NCBI GenBank assembly: GCA_051294905.1
Contig: CM119372.1
Location: 6,636,001 to 6,696,000 of the forward strand
DNA: 60,000 nt
From: Botryllus schlosseri
Lineage: Eukaryota
Direction: 5' to 3'
The position numbers and the translations under genes were made by a program. The first letter of the stretch is position 1, and the number at the start of each line of letters is the position of its first letter. The notes under the pieces were generated by a model. The model had not been told where the DNA came from and searched no databases. It saw only the letters and a list, made by a program, of their open reading frames with translations. Shown in pieces: positions 13,016-25,915 of the stretch.

Positions 13016-13678
13016 TAGGGCTCTTCAAAAATGACTTTTTTCCTCAAATCGTACTGGCTACTTTTTAAAATTGTTAGGTTACCTAATTTAAGCCTACACA
13101 CAAAATTTGGTTCAATTCCAGCCAGTAACCGCTTTGCTACAGGAGAAGAAAGTTTCTATTTATTAGATAAAAATAAATGATGAAAATTTTGAAAATTTTC
13201 TGTTCATCCCATGAAAGTGTTAGGCTGTCTATAGAAACGATCCTCACCAAATTTGGTTCAATTCCAACCAGTGGAAGCGGAGTTATTGCCGTTGAAAAAT
13301 TTGGATTTGAATAAATTAGTATTTACGGTGAGCGCAACTATAATAAATAAACAAAGAATCGGTCACCGTAAATACTACTTTATTCAAATCCAAATTTTTC
13401 GACGGCAATAACTCCGCTTCCACTGGTTGGAATTGAACCAAATTTGGTGAGGATCGTTTCTATAGACAGCCTAACACTTTCATGGGATGAACAGAAAATT
13501 TTCAAAATTTTCATCATTTATTTTTATCTAATAAATAGAAACTTTCTTCTCCTGTAGCAAAGCGGTTACTGGCTGGAATTGAACCAAATTTTGTGTGTAG
13601 GCTTAAATTAGGTAACCTAATAATTTTATCAAGTAGCCAGTACGATTTGAGAAAAACAGTCATTTTTGAAGAGCCCTA
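13016..13678. mobile_element. Near-perfect ~660-bp palindromic (foldback) hAT-type element
   Basis: TAGGGCTCTTCAAAAATGAC...GTCATTTTTGAAGAGCCCTA. The arms are reverse-complementary for over 300 bp around a short spacer near 13335-13360. 8-bp TSD GTGTGCAA (13008-13015, 13679-13686). Confidence 0.92.
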
Positions 13679-13704
13679 GTGTGCAATGTGCATTGCTGTA
13701 TGTC

Positions 13705-13895
13705 TTGTTGTTGTTTGTGGGTTTTCGTGGTGCTTTTTGACTACAACGACCAGACGGCGAGGACGAGCCAAGATAAACCTTTAACAATTGAAAAGGAATT
13801 CTGCTGTTGACCTCGGTCGGTGGGACTCGAACCCGCAACCAATTTGTGTTGCAGCTGTTGATCAGATACCATACCACTAAACGCCATCTCGCCAC
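13705..13895 (-). mobile_element. tRNA-derived SINE
   Basis: The minus strand begins GTGGCGAGATGGCGTTTAGTGGTA (A box), contains GGGTTCGAGTCCC (B box) and ends in (AAC)n. The head is homologous to that of 24890-25168. Confidence 0.8.
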
Positions 13896-14785
13896 TTTGT
13901 ACGTCTAGTTGCGTATACGTGTAGTCAGATTTTGTCCTCGCATTACCGAGGGAGGAAAATAGACGTTGATATAGGTAGAGCTCATGCTCATGAATGGTTA
14001 GAGCCGCTTTGGAAGGCAGTTGGCACCAGTGAGATTTTATAGCAAGCCCCGAGTGGAATAGTGATGATCAATTTTTTTTGGAATTCTGAAAACATACACC
14101 CATTTCTACCAATAGTTATGTTATATTATCAACGAAAATTATAGTTTAGACACTTTTTCCCCAACGCGGAAGCCTTGAAAGCTCGATTGGTCGTATCACA
14201 ACATCCAAAATATGCAGTGCAAGTCTACGCACGTTAGAGGAAATAACTTTTCTGCGAAATTGTTTTCAACCTTAAACAGTGTCAAAAATGCAGTGACGTA
14301 GGTATGGTCGAAAAATACCTAGTTATTAGGGATGGTGTGAACCTCTGAAAGGTTCAGGTTCATGTGAACGCGAACCTTTTTGAAAGGTTCTGTGTGACCG
14401 CGAACGTGAACCTCATGACGTCATGTGACTTCGCATTGCTAATTCCAACCCTACATTTCAGTGAAGCGATAGCCTGTGTTAATGTACACGATACCTAGCG
14501 ACGACTTGGGCCACATAAGTCCGCAATGCTGAAGTAAATATTGACGTTTCAAACGTCGCCAAATGTACCAATTGGGGCAATCAAATGATATAATAATCCC
14601 ATTAAATCAATATCTTCAGTCGCTTTGCCAATAATTTCGACGACGACTTGCTTACGCCTTAATGGTCTAGGCCAGACAGGACAATGTATTCCACGTCTCG
14701 AGAATTGCTACGTTGATATTGAGCAGAGTGTAAAACGGGTTTCTACACTGCTACCGATATCACCCCTTTAACATATCATGTAGCA

Positions 14786-16742
14786 CAGGGGTGGGCAAAC
14801 TACGGCCCGCGGGCCGCATGCGGCCCGCGACACCGTTCTGTGCGGCCCGCGAGAGTCTAAAGAAACTTTTTTCAAATATTGATAAAATGCGTACTAAAAA
14901 TCGAATTAATGTAGGGACTTGATTGACTTTTTCTGAGTATATTTCACCATGATAATTCTTAGACAGTGGTTCTCAAACTGGTGGGCGCGTCCCCCTTGAG
15001 GGCGTGAAAGCATCTGAAAGGGGGTGCGAAGCTGAGCTCGAATGAAAAATTTTTTCGCGCTTTGCGCGATTTACATCCAATTCAAAGTTATTGCTCCGTA
15101 TTTAGTCTGAATTAAACATTTAAAAATCTCTCATACCCGGTCGTAACCTTCCATGCCATCAAACTACCCGTTAGGTTTGCTAGCATCCTGGTTGCGTTTT
15201 GTGATATGACGATAAGGGGGCGCGAAATATTTCACCATCATAGGGGTGGGGGGGGCGTGTCTTAAAAAGTTTGAGAACCACTGATCTAAGGTAAATACTT
15301 AATATCACAGCGGGATAGCTGCAACGAGATTGACATAATTTGGATCACGAGTGGGATTTCAGATTGTCCACTTCATTTTTAATTATTTCAGTGTTGTGCT
15401 CATAAAAACAATTCGGGCGTGTTTTAGGTAGATTCGTTGTCTGTATGGATAGAATTGGGGTATTTATATTTTTATCTATACATAGTAGAAGCGTGTTTGA
15501 AGCTAACATGGTTATTGCTTATGATGCTGTCAGCATTGTGTGTCCTGGAACTGAACCAAAAGTGGAATTAGTAAATCTATGCACAGATCGCTGTCACAGA
15601 TTTAAATTTCAATCCGGTTCTAAGAATCGGGGAAACCGACTTTCATCTCTATAGTTTTGACAAATTGGTTATTGAGGTCGACCAGCCTATGAAATCTCGC
15701 CACTTTATGTTTCTGCCGCGTATACGATATCATCAAAGTAATGTTTGGCTTGTTTTAAATAAGCCCATATCAGCACCGTAACTGCCGCACCCCAAACCCC
15801 CCAATTGGGGGGGGGCCCGGGCTCGAAGGGGGCCCAAAATTATTTCGTGAATTAGCATAAAGCATAGAGTATTTTTTGAAAATTTATGCAATTTTATCAA
15901 TTTTTTTTTCGCGCTTCGCGCGAATTCAAGTAGCCATTTCTCTTTATTATTGGGTATTGGGCCATTACCGCCCCACGACCCACCAAGAAATACAATCAAG
16001 TTTTAGGCCATATAACATGCGACTCCAAGAAGTGTGCCAGAACGATCGGCAGCGAGAAAACCTTGGCCGAAAAGGTTCGCACCTCGCGCTGGCTCACAAT
16101 ACAGTACAGATGATTTCGTGACAAACGCGAACAACGTGATGGAGGGGTCGTTTCATCACCCTATGAGAGCCCAAGAGCCACGTTTTGGGGGCCTGACGAG
16201 GTGCTGTTTCGTTCCTGCCAACGGGTATACGCCCGAAGATGTTTAATTATTATTGAGTAGTTCTACCTTTTCAAACACACCTCACTCAGCTCTACCGGCA
16301 AATCTGATTACGTGAGCAGAGAGAAGATAAAAATTGATAACAATATATCTGCAATTCCCGATCATACTGACCGATTCAGTCATGAGATCTAGAAATTTCC
16401 CGCGCCTCGCGCGCTTAGGCGACAAAAGCTGATTCACTATACAAACTCCCAAGGAATAAGATAAATAGCGGTGAACAGGGCATCGCCGGAGGGGGGTCTG
16501 GGGGGCGAAGCCCCCCAGAAGTTCGGTCTATAACCCTATGGGGGGCCCAAGACCAAAGTTTTTTGGGGGGGGCTGACGAAGTGCTGTTACGGCCCTGCCC
16601 ATATATTATCTCCATGGCCTCACTATATAATCAAATATCAATATCGCGTTTTGGTTTATAATCTCAATTTTATATAGTGCGGCCCGCGAATGGATTCAGA
16701 TGTTGAATGCGGCCCGCGAGCTCAAAAGTTTGCCCACCCCTG
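14786..16742. mobile_element. Nested hAT-type element, itself containing MITE 14964-15283 and element ~15771-16597
   Basis: TIRs CAGGGGTGGGCAAACT/AGTTTGCCCACCCCTG; TSD ATGTAGCA; GCGGCCCGC subterminal repeats. The inner element 15771-16597 is flanked by duplicated CCCATAT. Confidence 0.88.
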
Positions 16743-16905
16743 ATGTAGCAGTAGCCAACACCCCAATCGCACGGATTTGGTTTTTATGATACAATAAACA
16801 TGAAATCAAGATTGACCCCGTACGCCAGCTACATTGTTTTACATTAGACAACGATATCAATTTCATTGATTGGTTGAATAAGCATCATTCGCTAACTACC
16901 TATAT

Positions 16906-17216
16906 TAGGGTTACCATACGTCCTCCTTTTTCAGGTTTTTTGAAAATGTCCTCCGAGGACGCCTAAATATCCTCCGTTATGAGATTTTGTCGTATTTTTT
17001 GAGAATTTTTGTTAAATATAACGCAAAATTCGACTGAGATACAGTAAACTAGCACTGAACTAAGGCTCCGGCGGCTATTGCGGGAGCTGAGCCGGAAAGT
17101 TGACCCTTTTTTAGTGAACCGCCCACGGAGTGGGGAAAATTAACAATTTTTCAAGCTTTTCTCCGGTATTTCAAGTTTGTGTCCTTCTATCCCGATTCCA
17201 AAATATGGTAACCCTA
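16906..17216. mobile_element. MITE with TAGGGTTACCATA TIRs (related copy at 29369-29717)
   Basis: TAGGGTTACCATA/TATGGTAACCCTA with CCTATAT duplicated on both sides; absent from the sister host copy near 31795. Confidence 0.82.
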
Positions 17217-19252
17217 CCTATATGTAGTGTACTTCACTCCTGATATTGTGTGATTGCTGGTCAAGCTCACAGCAGAGTCACTAAATATTCACAAACGAAA
17301 AGCCGGATATTTCGAGCAAACTTTTGTAACAAAGCCACTAAAATTTTTGAGATTGTCAAGGTGCATGCTCGTTTAGTGTTGATTTTTTTATGCTGCCAGC
17401 GCCATGAATAGAGTGGCTCGCAGTTGAAATGAAATAAATTTCAACCAAAGATGTTATAATGAAGCGAAAATTGTAATGTACGAAAAAGGTTCACAGTGCA
17501 TAACCTACCAAGGTTCGTTTGTGAACGTGAACCTCTAAATTTCCGAGGTTCACACACAGAACGCGAACGTGAACCTCACATTCACACCATCCCTAGAAAT
17601 TACCAGGGTTGCAAAGAATCGCAATCTACCATTGACTCGACTTGACTCGACTAGACTCGACTGGACTAGACCCTACTAATTATCTTTAGTGTGGTGCAGG
17701 ATGGCATTATTTTCTTTGTGATCGCATAAAAGGTAGTATTTGAACTTTCCACGTCATCCATACCGTTATGACGTCTATGGGTAGATACGCAACTAGTCGA
17801 CTCGAACCCGAATGTTCGAATCGGAGTACAATAACTCAATTACTCGATTTTCCTACAGACCCAGAAGTCCAAAACTAATTGGTTTTTACTATGATGTCAT
17901 ACTGCAAACCTCATTTCGACATCATCGTTGACAAAAATAGCAGCAAAGAAGTTCATGTGTATTGTAAATGTTTTTAAAGTTACAACTGCTCTAGTATATG
18001 CATGCAACACGGAAGTTATAAACAAATCAAGTATAATTCCCATTACTGAAATTTTCTTTATTTCCCTTAGTCATTGTACGTACACATGGGTTACGAGAAA
18101 ATTTCATGACAGCTTAAGTAGCACGAGGACGAGCGCTAAAAGTTTAAGAAACGCTGGTCTATTTAATACCTATTAAATCATATAAAATGTGTTTTGGATA
18201 GTTTATTTAAATGTGCTTCGACTTTCTCTTCATTCGGTGCAGCCATCGCGCATCACGATGTCTCTGATGTAAAATAAAAGTCAGGCAAACTTTTGGATAC
18301 CACTCTCTGTGCTAACCAGCTACTGACGAAACATATTTAATAATATTTAATAATAGTAATTACTAATCCTTACTGTCAGCATACGACTTCACTTGTACGT
18401 GATCAAAAATAACCCATATATTATAAGCACATGTCATGATCTTGGGCAGAATCAAGGTCAATTATACCTTCCATTACACCATGCCGATTAGAGTACAAGA
18501 TCCCCTTGAGATCGGAATGTGATATGTTACACCAACAAACATTGATTTATATATATACACAATAGTTCGAAATCGCGATGCAGAATCTACGGTAATAGAG
18601 AATGGGATTTCACTTCAGTGATACCATTGCAATAATAAGGGCATGGTGCGTTATGGTTTCTGAAGTGTAAACATAGTAGAATTTATCAAAATATACCGAT
18701 ACCCCTTTTGTCATATCGATATTTAAGTGCCTGCACCAACGCAGCGTTTAAGGTCAGGAGTCAGAGGTCTTGACCTCTACAAATATGAAATTATCGAGAG
18801 TCTTCAGACATTTCCCCGAATTCGCGCTCCGGTCACGTAATCTTGGCAATACTATATTATACAACTCATCCAACATTATCATCACGGTATGATAAGTTAT
18901 GTAATATTATTGGGGGCATCATAGTTGTGATAATAATGATGGATTGAGGTATAATCAAGATATTTCCCTTCGTACGTCATGGCCGCATCTGTCAGATGTG
19001 CGATTTTCTATACTGATCAGCAGTAAGATATCTTCGAGAAAACGTTCACCGCAATTCATTGAGAGATAACCAGGTCACATTGAGAGGAAATTCCTAACAA
19101 TTATTTATCATCTGCTACATCTTACTCCACTAAACTATAGTCTTAATTATTGTAAGGGGTGGTCGGCAACGAACTATTTTAACTTTTTCGAATCACTCGA
19201 GTAGGTTTCAGTAGGATTTGATGACTTGCACTAGTACTTAGGCTACTCCAAG

Positions 19253-20181
19253 CAGACTTGGACAACTAGATAATTCTAGTTATCTAATTTCACTAAATTA
19301 GAGCAAAATGCCAGTAATCTAATTCTAATCTAATTTGTGAAATGCTTCCATGCTCTAATTCTAATTCTAATCTAATTTGTGAAATGTTCTTACGCTCTAA
19401 TTCTAATTCTAATCTAATTTGTGAAATGTCCGTATTTTCTAATTCTAGTTCTAATCTAATTATTGTTTTCCTGAAAATGCCTCTTTGTCCGAGGCATACT
19501 GCACTATTGCAGTGAGTTAAAAAGAATATCCCGCTTGCTCAGGGAAATCCAGTGCCAAGCCGCCATCGCCTTACTTATACCGTGCAGTCATAGTAGATAT
19601 TATGACGAATATAGCCTGCTAGAGTAGCTTGTCTGCGAACAACACTCTAGTTTCTAAAACTTTACGTTAGTACATCGCCATGCTGACTAACATGGGCGAT
19701 GCCCACGGTTACCATAAAAGAAGTAATATTTTATTAAAGTATAGTAAAAATCGAGCCAAGCTTGGTGTACAGAAGTTAACCATTCTCATGTGTATGGGAA
19801 TGCACTGTTGTTGATGTTTATTAAACAAAAATATGTGGCGCTTATCACCTCACGGCCTTTTGCACCACGCACTGTGATTTGATGTGAACTGCATTTTGCT
19901 GTATTCATTTACCATATACAATTTCATTCAATTTCCAAGTTTTTGCGAACCAAGTATAGCTCTAATTCTAATTCTAATCTAATCTGGAAAAAACTTAGTA
20001 GTTCGAATTCTAATTCTAATCTAATTTGAAAAAAGCTGTGTAGCTCTAATTCTAATCTAATTTGGAAAAACTGTGCAGCTCTAATTCTAATTCTAATCTT
20101 GCTTGAAAAAAACTGTGGAGCTCTAATTCTAATTCTAATCTAATTCAGAAAAGCTGAAAATTTTCTAGTTGTCCAAGTCTG
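19253..20181. mobile_element. hAT-type MITE with CTAATTCTAAT subterminal tandem repeats
   Basis: TIRs CAGACTTGGACAACTAGA/TCTAGTTGTCCAAGTCTG; TSD ACTCCAAG; arrays of CTCTAATTCTAATTCTAATCTAATT near both ends. Confidence 0.9.
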
Positions 20182-20389
20182 ACTCCAAGGGCTGTATTTA
20201 GACTAATGGTCATTCTCCGTTAGTCGCGAAGACGCATCTTGAAATTTCGTAACAGGAAAAATTATGCGAACCCTTGACCAAATCTACTTTTCAAAAGTAC
20301 TTACTCGAGTACTTTGCATACCTTTAATTTTCTACTTCCTTTTAAGATAGTTCCGACGTGTCTTGCAAATCGCTACTTCTACATACAAT

Positions 20390-21528
20390 CAGTGCTGTGG
20401 AGTCGGAGTCGGTGGAATCGGAGTCGTAGTTTGGCTAATTTTCGCTTTATGGTGTCGGAGTCGGAGTCGTGAAAACTATAGTTGCTGGAGTCGGAGTCGC
20501 AGTCGTGGAAAAAATACTGACTGGAGTCGAAGTCGGAGTTTGAGAAAATGACCCTGACTCCGACTTCTTTATTACGAAAATAATTGCTTTCAAAGGTACC
20601 TTTAAATTACTAATAATTACTAAAATAGGATTTTATTCAACCCATCAATCACTGTTATTAGTAACGATATAGAATTATAGATAAAATTGGACATTATTTT
20701 CATTTACAATTCGGTTGCGTAGAGGAAGAAAATCGCAATATGCATCTTCGCGATGCAGTCACAAAATTTTGGAATTATACCATGATTCTGTGACCGAGTA
20801 AATACATCGAGTGGTTTTGTAAAATTGATACAAATATAACCAAACGCTGCTTACTACTAGACAAACTTAAAAATATTTGTAGTGTAGCTTAGCTGCTTGG
20901 GTCAAACAAATCATTAAGAAAGACTACTTGTCCTAATCCTTGAATACTTGAGTGAGTGCATGTAGACTATAGACATGTGCCATTTGATAATACTTCCTAA
21001 ATTTCGTTTCTGATCGAGGTTTATTAGTATAGTGAGTGTGTGTGTACTTGTAATTAGTATAGTTTGTAATGAAAAAATTAGTAAGTTACATCTCTGCATT
21101 AGTTGCTGACTCATACACAAGAGTTATACTTCGATTGTTTTATCTACATTTTAATTATACAGGATTGGTTATATGTCATGTTTAAATGATTAATTCATAT
21201 TAGGATATTAGAAAGTCCATGTTATAAAAACTTTTTAAATATGAACAAATAAAGGATATTTAGAAAGGCATTCTTTCAATTTAATTGCATAGTGAATAAT
21301 TCGAGCTGTGCCACAACGAAACAATTTTGCATGTCATCTTTAATCATATGTTTGCATAGGTTTAATGGTTATATGATAGTCATCTAAACATCACTGTGGC
21401 ATATAATTTTCGAAGTAAACTGGAAATAACGTTGGAGTCGAAGTTCTGTTAAGAAAATAGCCGGAGTCGGAGTCGGCACGTTTAAAGACTCAGGAGTCGG
21501 AGTCGGAGTTACCCACTCCACAGACCTG
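20390..21528. mobile_element. hAT-type MITE with (GGAGTC)n subterminal repeats
   Basis: Ends CAGTGCTGTGGAGT/ACTCCACAGACCTG; TSD CATACAAT/CTTACAAT (1 mismatch); GGAGTC hexamer arrays. Confidence 0.85.
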
Positions 21529-22488
21529 CTTACAATCGAAGAGAAATTTACGGTGTTACTACTTGAGTAGTAACGCTGACTACTTTGACCATATTTGATT
21601 ATTATACTTTGACTATGAGACAAGATCCGCAGTAAATACATGTTGTTTGTAGCCAAAGCCAATGCACGAATTTTTAGTTATGGTATGGAGGAGAATATGA
21701 ACGCTTCCGCTGTGATATAATGAATTATAATGGGAGAAGATTTGCAATCAAATATGTTAACCGTTATTGCGAATATCCCTGCAAATCTTAAATTATTCAA
21801 GGAAAAATGGAAGGCACTTCACTTTCATTTGCACCATCGAAGTGGTGTGACGATGGTGATGCCTAAGAACTATTAGTGTAATCAGTCAGCACCCCCGCTT
21901 CCCGCTCCTTCCTATCACGCAGTGCTTAACAGGGATGTCGTAGATACTGTAGTTTTACAGGCAAATCTTTGGTCGGACCAAACTGGGGTTAGAACGCACA
22001 CGCTCGGCGGTGTCTGTATCAAGCGGTATTAAATGTTGATTTTGTACGTTATTCGTAAATTGGCCTTGGCAAAGTCGCGGGGTTTACATTGGACGGTGCA
22101 ATTTTTATACAATACTCCATTGAAAACCTTCATGAGGTAGCTGTACGCAAGGTTCTTAATAAATAGCATACGCAATACTAGGGGTCTTCATGATTTTTGA
22201 CATGGAAGACTCGTGTGTTGAGAGTTGACTCATGCAGCGAGTTACCACTACGTGCACCGCTATAGGTTTCGAATTTGCAGACCAATCAATGCCGCTATGC
22301 AGAATATTTGGTGCGTCATGTGAAATTGGAAATTACACGCGAGGGTACCAGAGCCTTGATAACCCCTTAGATATAACTTCAGCAGCGACGCAACAGGTAC
22401 TATGTAGCCTATGTTGGGGCAACCACCCCACTGCACGGACGTCCACTTATTTACATAGAACTCGCTAACCAATATCCATACTCTACAG

Positions 22489-23177
22489 CAGAGCTCTCAA
22501 ACACGCGGCCCGCATGCGGCCCGCCAGAGCATTTCGTGCGGCCCGCGACGACATTTTAGATTTTGAATAATTTGACAATATATAAGTGTTACATATATCG
22601 TTTCAGGTTATAAAGTCAAAATTCCCCCTTAAATTGCTCCGAAATCCTGAAACTATTCATCAAACTTCACTATCACATCTATTGCAAACGCTACCATGCA
22701 GGGGAAGATTCACTATTTCTCCACATTTCCAATCCATGATGACAAAACCTGACGCTTAGACGATTCGTGACTGAAATTTGTGAGTTGGAATTGGACGCGA
22801 CCTTTCTCAGAATTACTCGACTCGGGCTAACTCGATGGCAAAATGAAAATGACCCGAGTTGACTCGGAGTGACTCGGAATGCCGTGAATTTGTTAGAACC
22901 ATGGACGCAACAAACTAATCGCGTATCAGGGGAATAGTAATAGATCAGAAGGTCGGAGCTTGGTATTTCGCTAACTAAGCAAGTAGCTATGGCAACCGTG
23001 GGCAATCTGTTAGTTACATATTTGGTCGCAAAACCATGTTATTAAGGTCACTTCAAGGTACCGAGTACCGTAGTGGTACGCTCCAACGACATAAAACACC
23101 CCTATAAGTGCTGCGGCCCGCAGCGTCGTCAAAACGGGAAAACTGGCCCGCGAGCACATTTGAGTTTGAGACCTCTG
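22489..23177. mobile_element. hAT-type MITE
   Basis: TIRs CAGAGCTCTCAAAC/GTTTGAGACCTCTG; TSD CTCTACAG; GCGGCCCGC motifs. Confidence 0.88.
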
Positions 23178-24889
23178 CTCTACAGGCTGAACTCGTCCAT
23201 AGATTAGATTAGATCCATAGATAGTATTTATTCCATATTGCCATAATTTGTATTCAATTCAACTCGTGAATTGCATGTTGTGTACATTGTACAAAGGTGC
23301 CACGAGTCATGTTCCTACATCAAACCGAAGAACCTGCATGTCGATGAAACAACGTTATTTCACGAGTAATATCGAAAGAATATCCGTAGTTAACTGCTAT
23401 ACAAACGTGTATTACAAGGGTTATCCAATCTGCAATGAGGCGTGTGAATAATTGCACCCTACTTGCCGTGCTACAAGTCGGTAGATCAGGAATAACAGGA
23501 ATACGAATCGCGGTTTCGTTTCAATGATCATGACCATGACAGTCGAAAAACACCACGAATATCGAAACAACAACAACAACAACCCCTGTATGATGATAAT
23601 TTTACGATTTACTGTGGTACTCCAAATCTATAACGGTCATTTCGTTCTTAGGTCAAAGATAGTCGCTTTTACTAAGTGTTCCAACACGGTACTCTATTAT
23701 CTTGAACAAAAAAGGCGAAGAATGAGCCTTTCTCCGCCGGACGTGAAAGCAAATTTGGGAGACGAATAGGTTTATAAATATTGGAGATTACCTTGATTAC
23801 AGCTGAAGTTCTTAGGTATTTAAGATCAGATAAATCATGCATGAAGATGGCAGATGATATGCAATTCTTAACCGATCTGTTCTGTTAAGTATATTCCGAT
23901 CATTGAATTTCAGCACCGCACCACAACGATTTGAGTGATTTATTGACATACAAAACCTTAACGACAGATGCTGCAAGATCATATCTATAGGTGCAAGGAA
24001 TTTTCTTCCATGCTGCATTCAACACTTTGTCTCGCGTAATGATGGTCCGATCTAGTTCGTAAGGTAATACAATCATTGTATATTATTTAGCAGCATCGCC
24101 GTTAATATATACAATATGCACACGAACATTGAAATATATCGTAGATTTTTCTTATTTCTGACGTATATCTTTGTCTATTAACACTTGACAGGCTGTTCGG
24201 GTCCAATTTTGCCGATTGCAGACATGGGGGAGTTACTGAGGACGTCAATGTTATGACGACAACTTTTGTTCTTGCGCCACCATCGGATGCCTCGTCATAT
24301 ATGGAATCGATGATGGATTACTAGTACATCAAAAGTATTTCATATAGGCCGTGATGATACCTGACACTATCGGATATGGGAGTGGTATGACGCCACCTTA
24401 TAATTACCATAATATTTCGCAATGATACTGGAATGACGTCCTTCAATTCACGCGTAGGATTCACGTCATTGGACGAGACGACTTCGAATGCGTATAGTAA
24501 AAAACTGAACCAAATGCATTCAAAAATATATTTAATATAACTGCTCTGTGAAGGACAGTGAAATGAAATCTTGCATATATTATTACACAATAATATGTTA
24601 TAAAAAGTTATTATCACATCTAATATCGTAGATTCCATGGGCTTGTCGACGAATAGATTTCTGATTCGCTCCATGGAAGGAATCGACTTATATACCGTTT
24701 TAACAAGTTGAGCAGGAACCATCATGCATTATCAGATGGTAGGTGAAGTTGTCGGCTTTGTTACTCAAGTAGAAGTATCTCCGTATGTGCATACTTTATT
24801 ACAAGTAGAAGTGGCGATTTCGAAGACATGCCAAAACTACCTCCAGTGGAAGTGAAAAATCAGGGTCTTAAATGTACTCAAGTACTATC

Positions 24890-25168
24890 GTCGTGGCGAG
24901 ATAGCGCAGTGGTATAATCCGCGGCTGCAACACCAATGGGTGCGGGTTCGAGTCCGACCGAGGTCGACTTCCGAATTCCGATACCTAAGTGTTGGACGTT
25001 TACCTAGGCTCCTCCTCGCCACATCATCCGCGTCAGCGGTGTCTTACAAAAGCCTAGAGGTGGGCCGTGCTATAAGTCGGCAGTTGCGGAAAATAAAAAG
25101 AATATCGGCCTGGTGTAAATGACCATAGTAGTCGACAAACACCATGAATACCACAAACCAACCAACCA
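24890..25168 (+). mobile_element. Full-length tRNA-derived SINE (tRNA-Cys-like head)
   Basis: GTGGCGAGATAGCGCAGTGGTA (A box), CTGCAAC loop (GCA), GGGTTCGAGTCC (B box), (AACC)n tail; 14-bp TSD ACTCAAGTACTATC (24876-24889, 25169-25182). Confidence 0.88.
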
Positions 25169-25772
25169 ACTCAAGTACTATCAAAAAGTAGATTTTGTAG
25201 CGGGATAGCATACTTTTACTAGTTAATCTGATATGTGCCTATACTTTCGAGCTTGCAGGGTGCATCTTCGCGACTAATGGAATATGACTAATTTAATGAC
25301 ACTACAAATAGGAGCAATTTTCGAAATGTACAGTCGGCTACCATTATGCCAGAACAATTTCGATCAGTTATTAGGACAACTTCAGTCCTAAGAATGACGA
25401 AATATTTTCCCGAACTACAGAAAAAATCCAAACCGCAAAAAGTAAGTAGTTTTTCCGAAAAAAATGGCGGAATGAGTGCAAAAAGACACCCGGGTAATGA
25501 AAGTCGGCAAAACCTATAGTACTTTGGATAAATAGAAGTATTTCGTTACTGACCACCTGTGACTAAGTGTTCGAGACAATATGTTACTCTAAAAAATATG
25601 TATATTGTATAAACATAACGTCGCGAAGAAATACTCACATATGCGTAACGTAATACAGCACATCGGTCGCACACTATGATTGGCTGGCATCTAACAACGG
25701 GGACAATTAGATAAATACAACAGAAAAAAGGTGTGTCGTCTTTATCACGGATATCTAGATATCCCTGGTCCT

Positions 25773-25779
25773 TATAAAA
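25773..25779 (+). promoter_or_regulatory. Candidate TATA box of peptide precursor gene B
   Basis: TATAAAA ~140 bp upstream of the signal-peptide ATG at 25916. Confidence 0.55.
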
Positions 25780-25915
25780 TAAGAGTAGTTCAGACTTGCG
25801 CTCAAAGATTCATTGTGCGAAGCGCAGACTAAACAACTTGGCAAGCAAACTCCTCAAAGAAGATCCATATCGTCATAAAGTACAAATAATATTTGAGATT
25901 CTACAAAGAAAGAAA

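Larger units (their letters stand above)
14327..17595. mobile_element. ~1.15-kb non-autonomous element (second copy at 31190-32346), expanded by nested insertions
   Basis: TIRs TAGGGATGGTGTGAA/TTCACACCATCCCTA with GTGAAC/GAACC subterminal repeats. It is collinear with 31190-32346 once 14786-16742 and 16906-17216 are removed. Confidence 0.88.

Noticed and set aside
19310..20150. Spaced CTAATTCTAATCTAATT repeats resembling a CRISPR array
   Set aside because: Eukaryotic context, short and mutually similar spacers, no cas genes; the repeats are enclosed by TIRs and a TSD.
24893..24970. tRNA-Cys-like sequence
   Set aside because: It continues into a repeated body with an (AACC)n tail and 14-bp TSD, so it is a SINE head rather than a tRNA gene.
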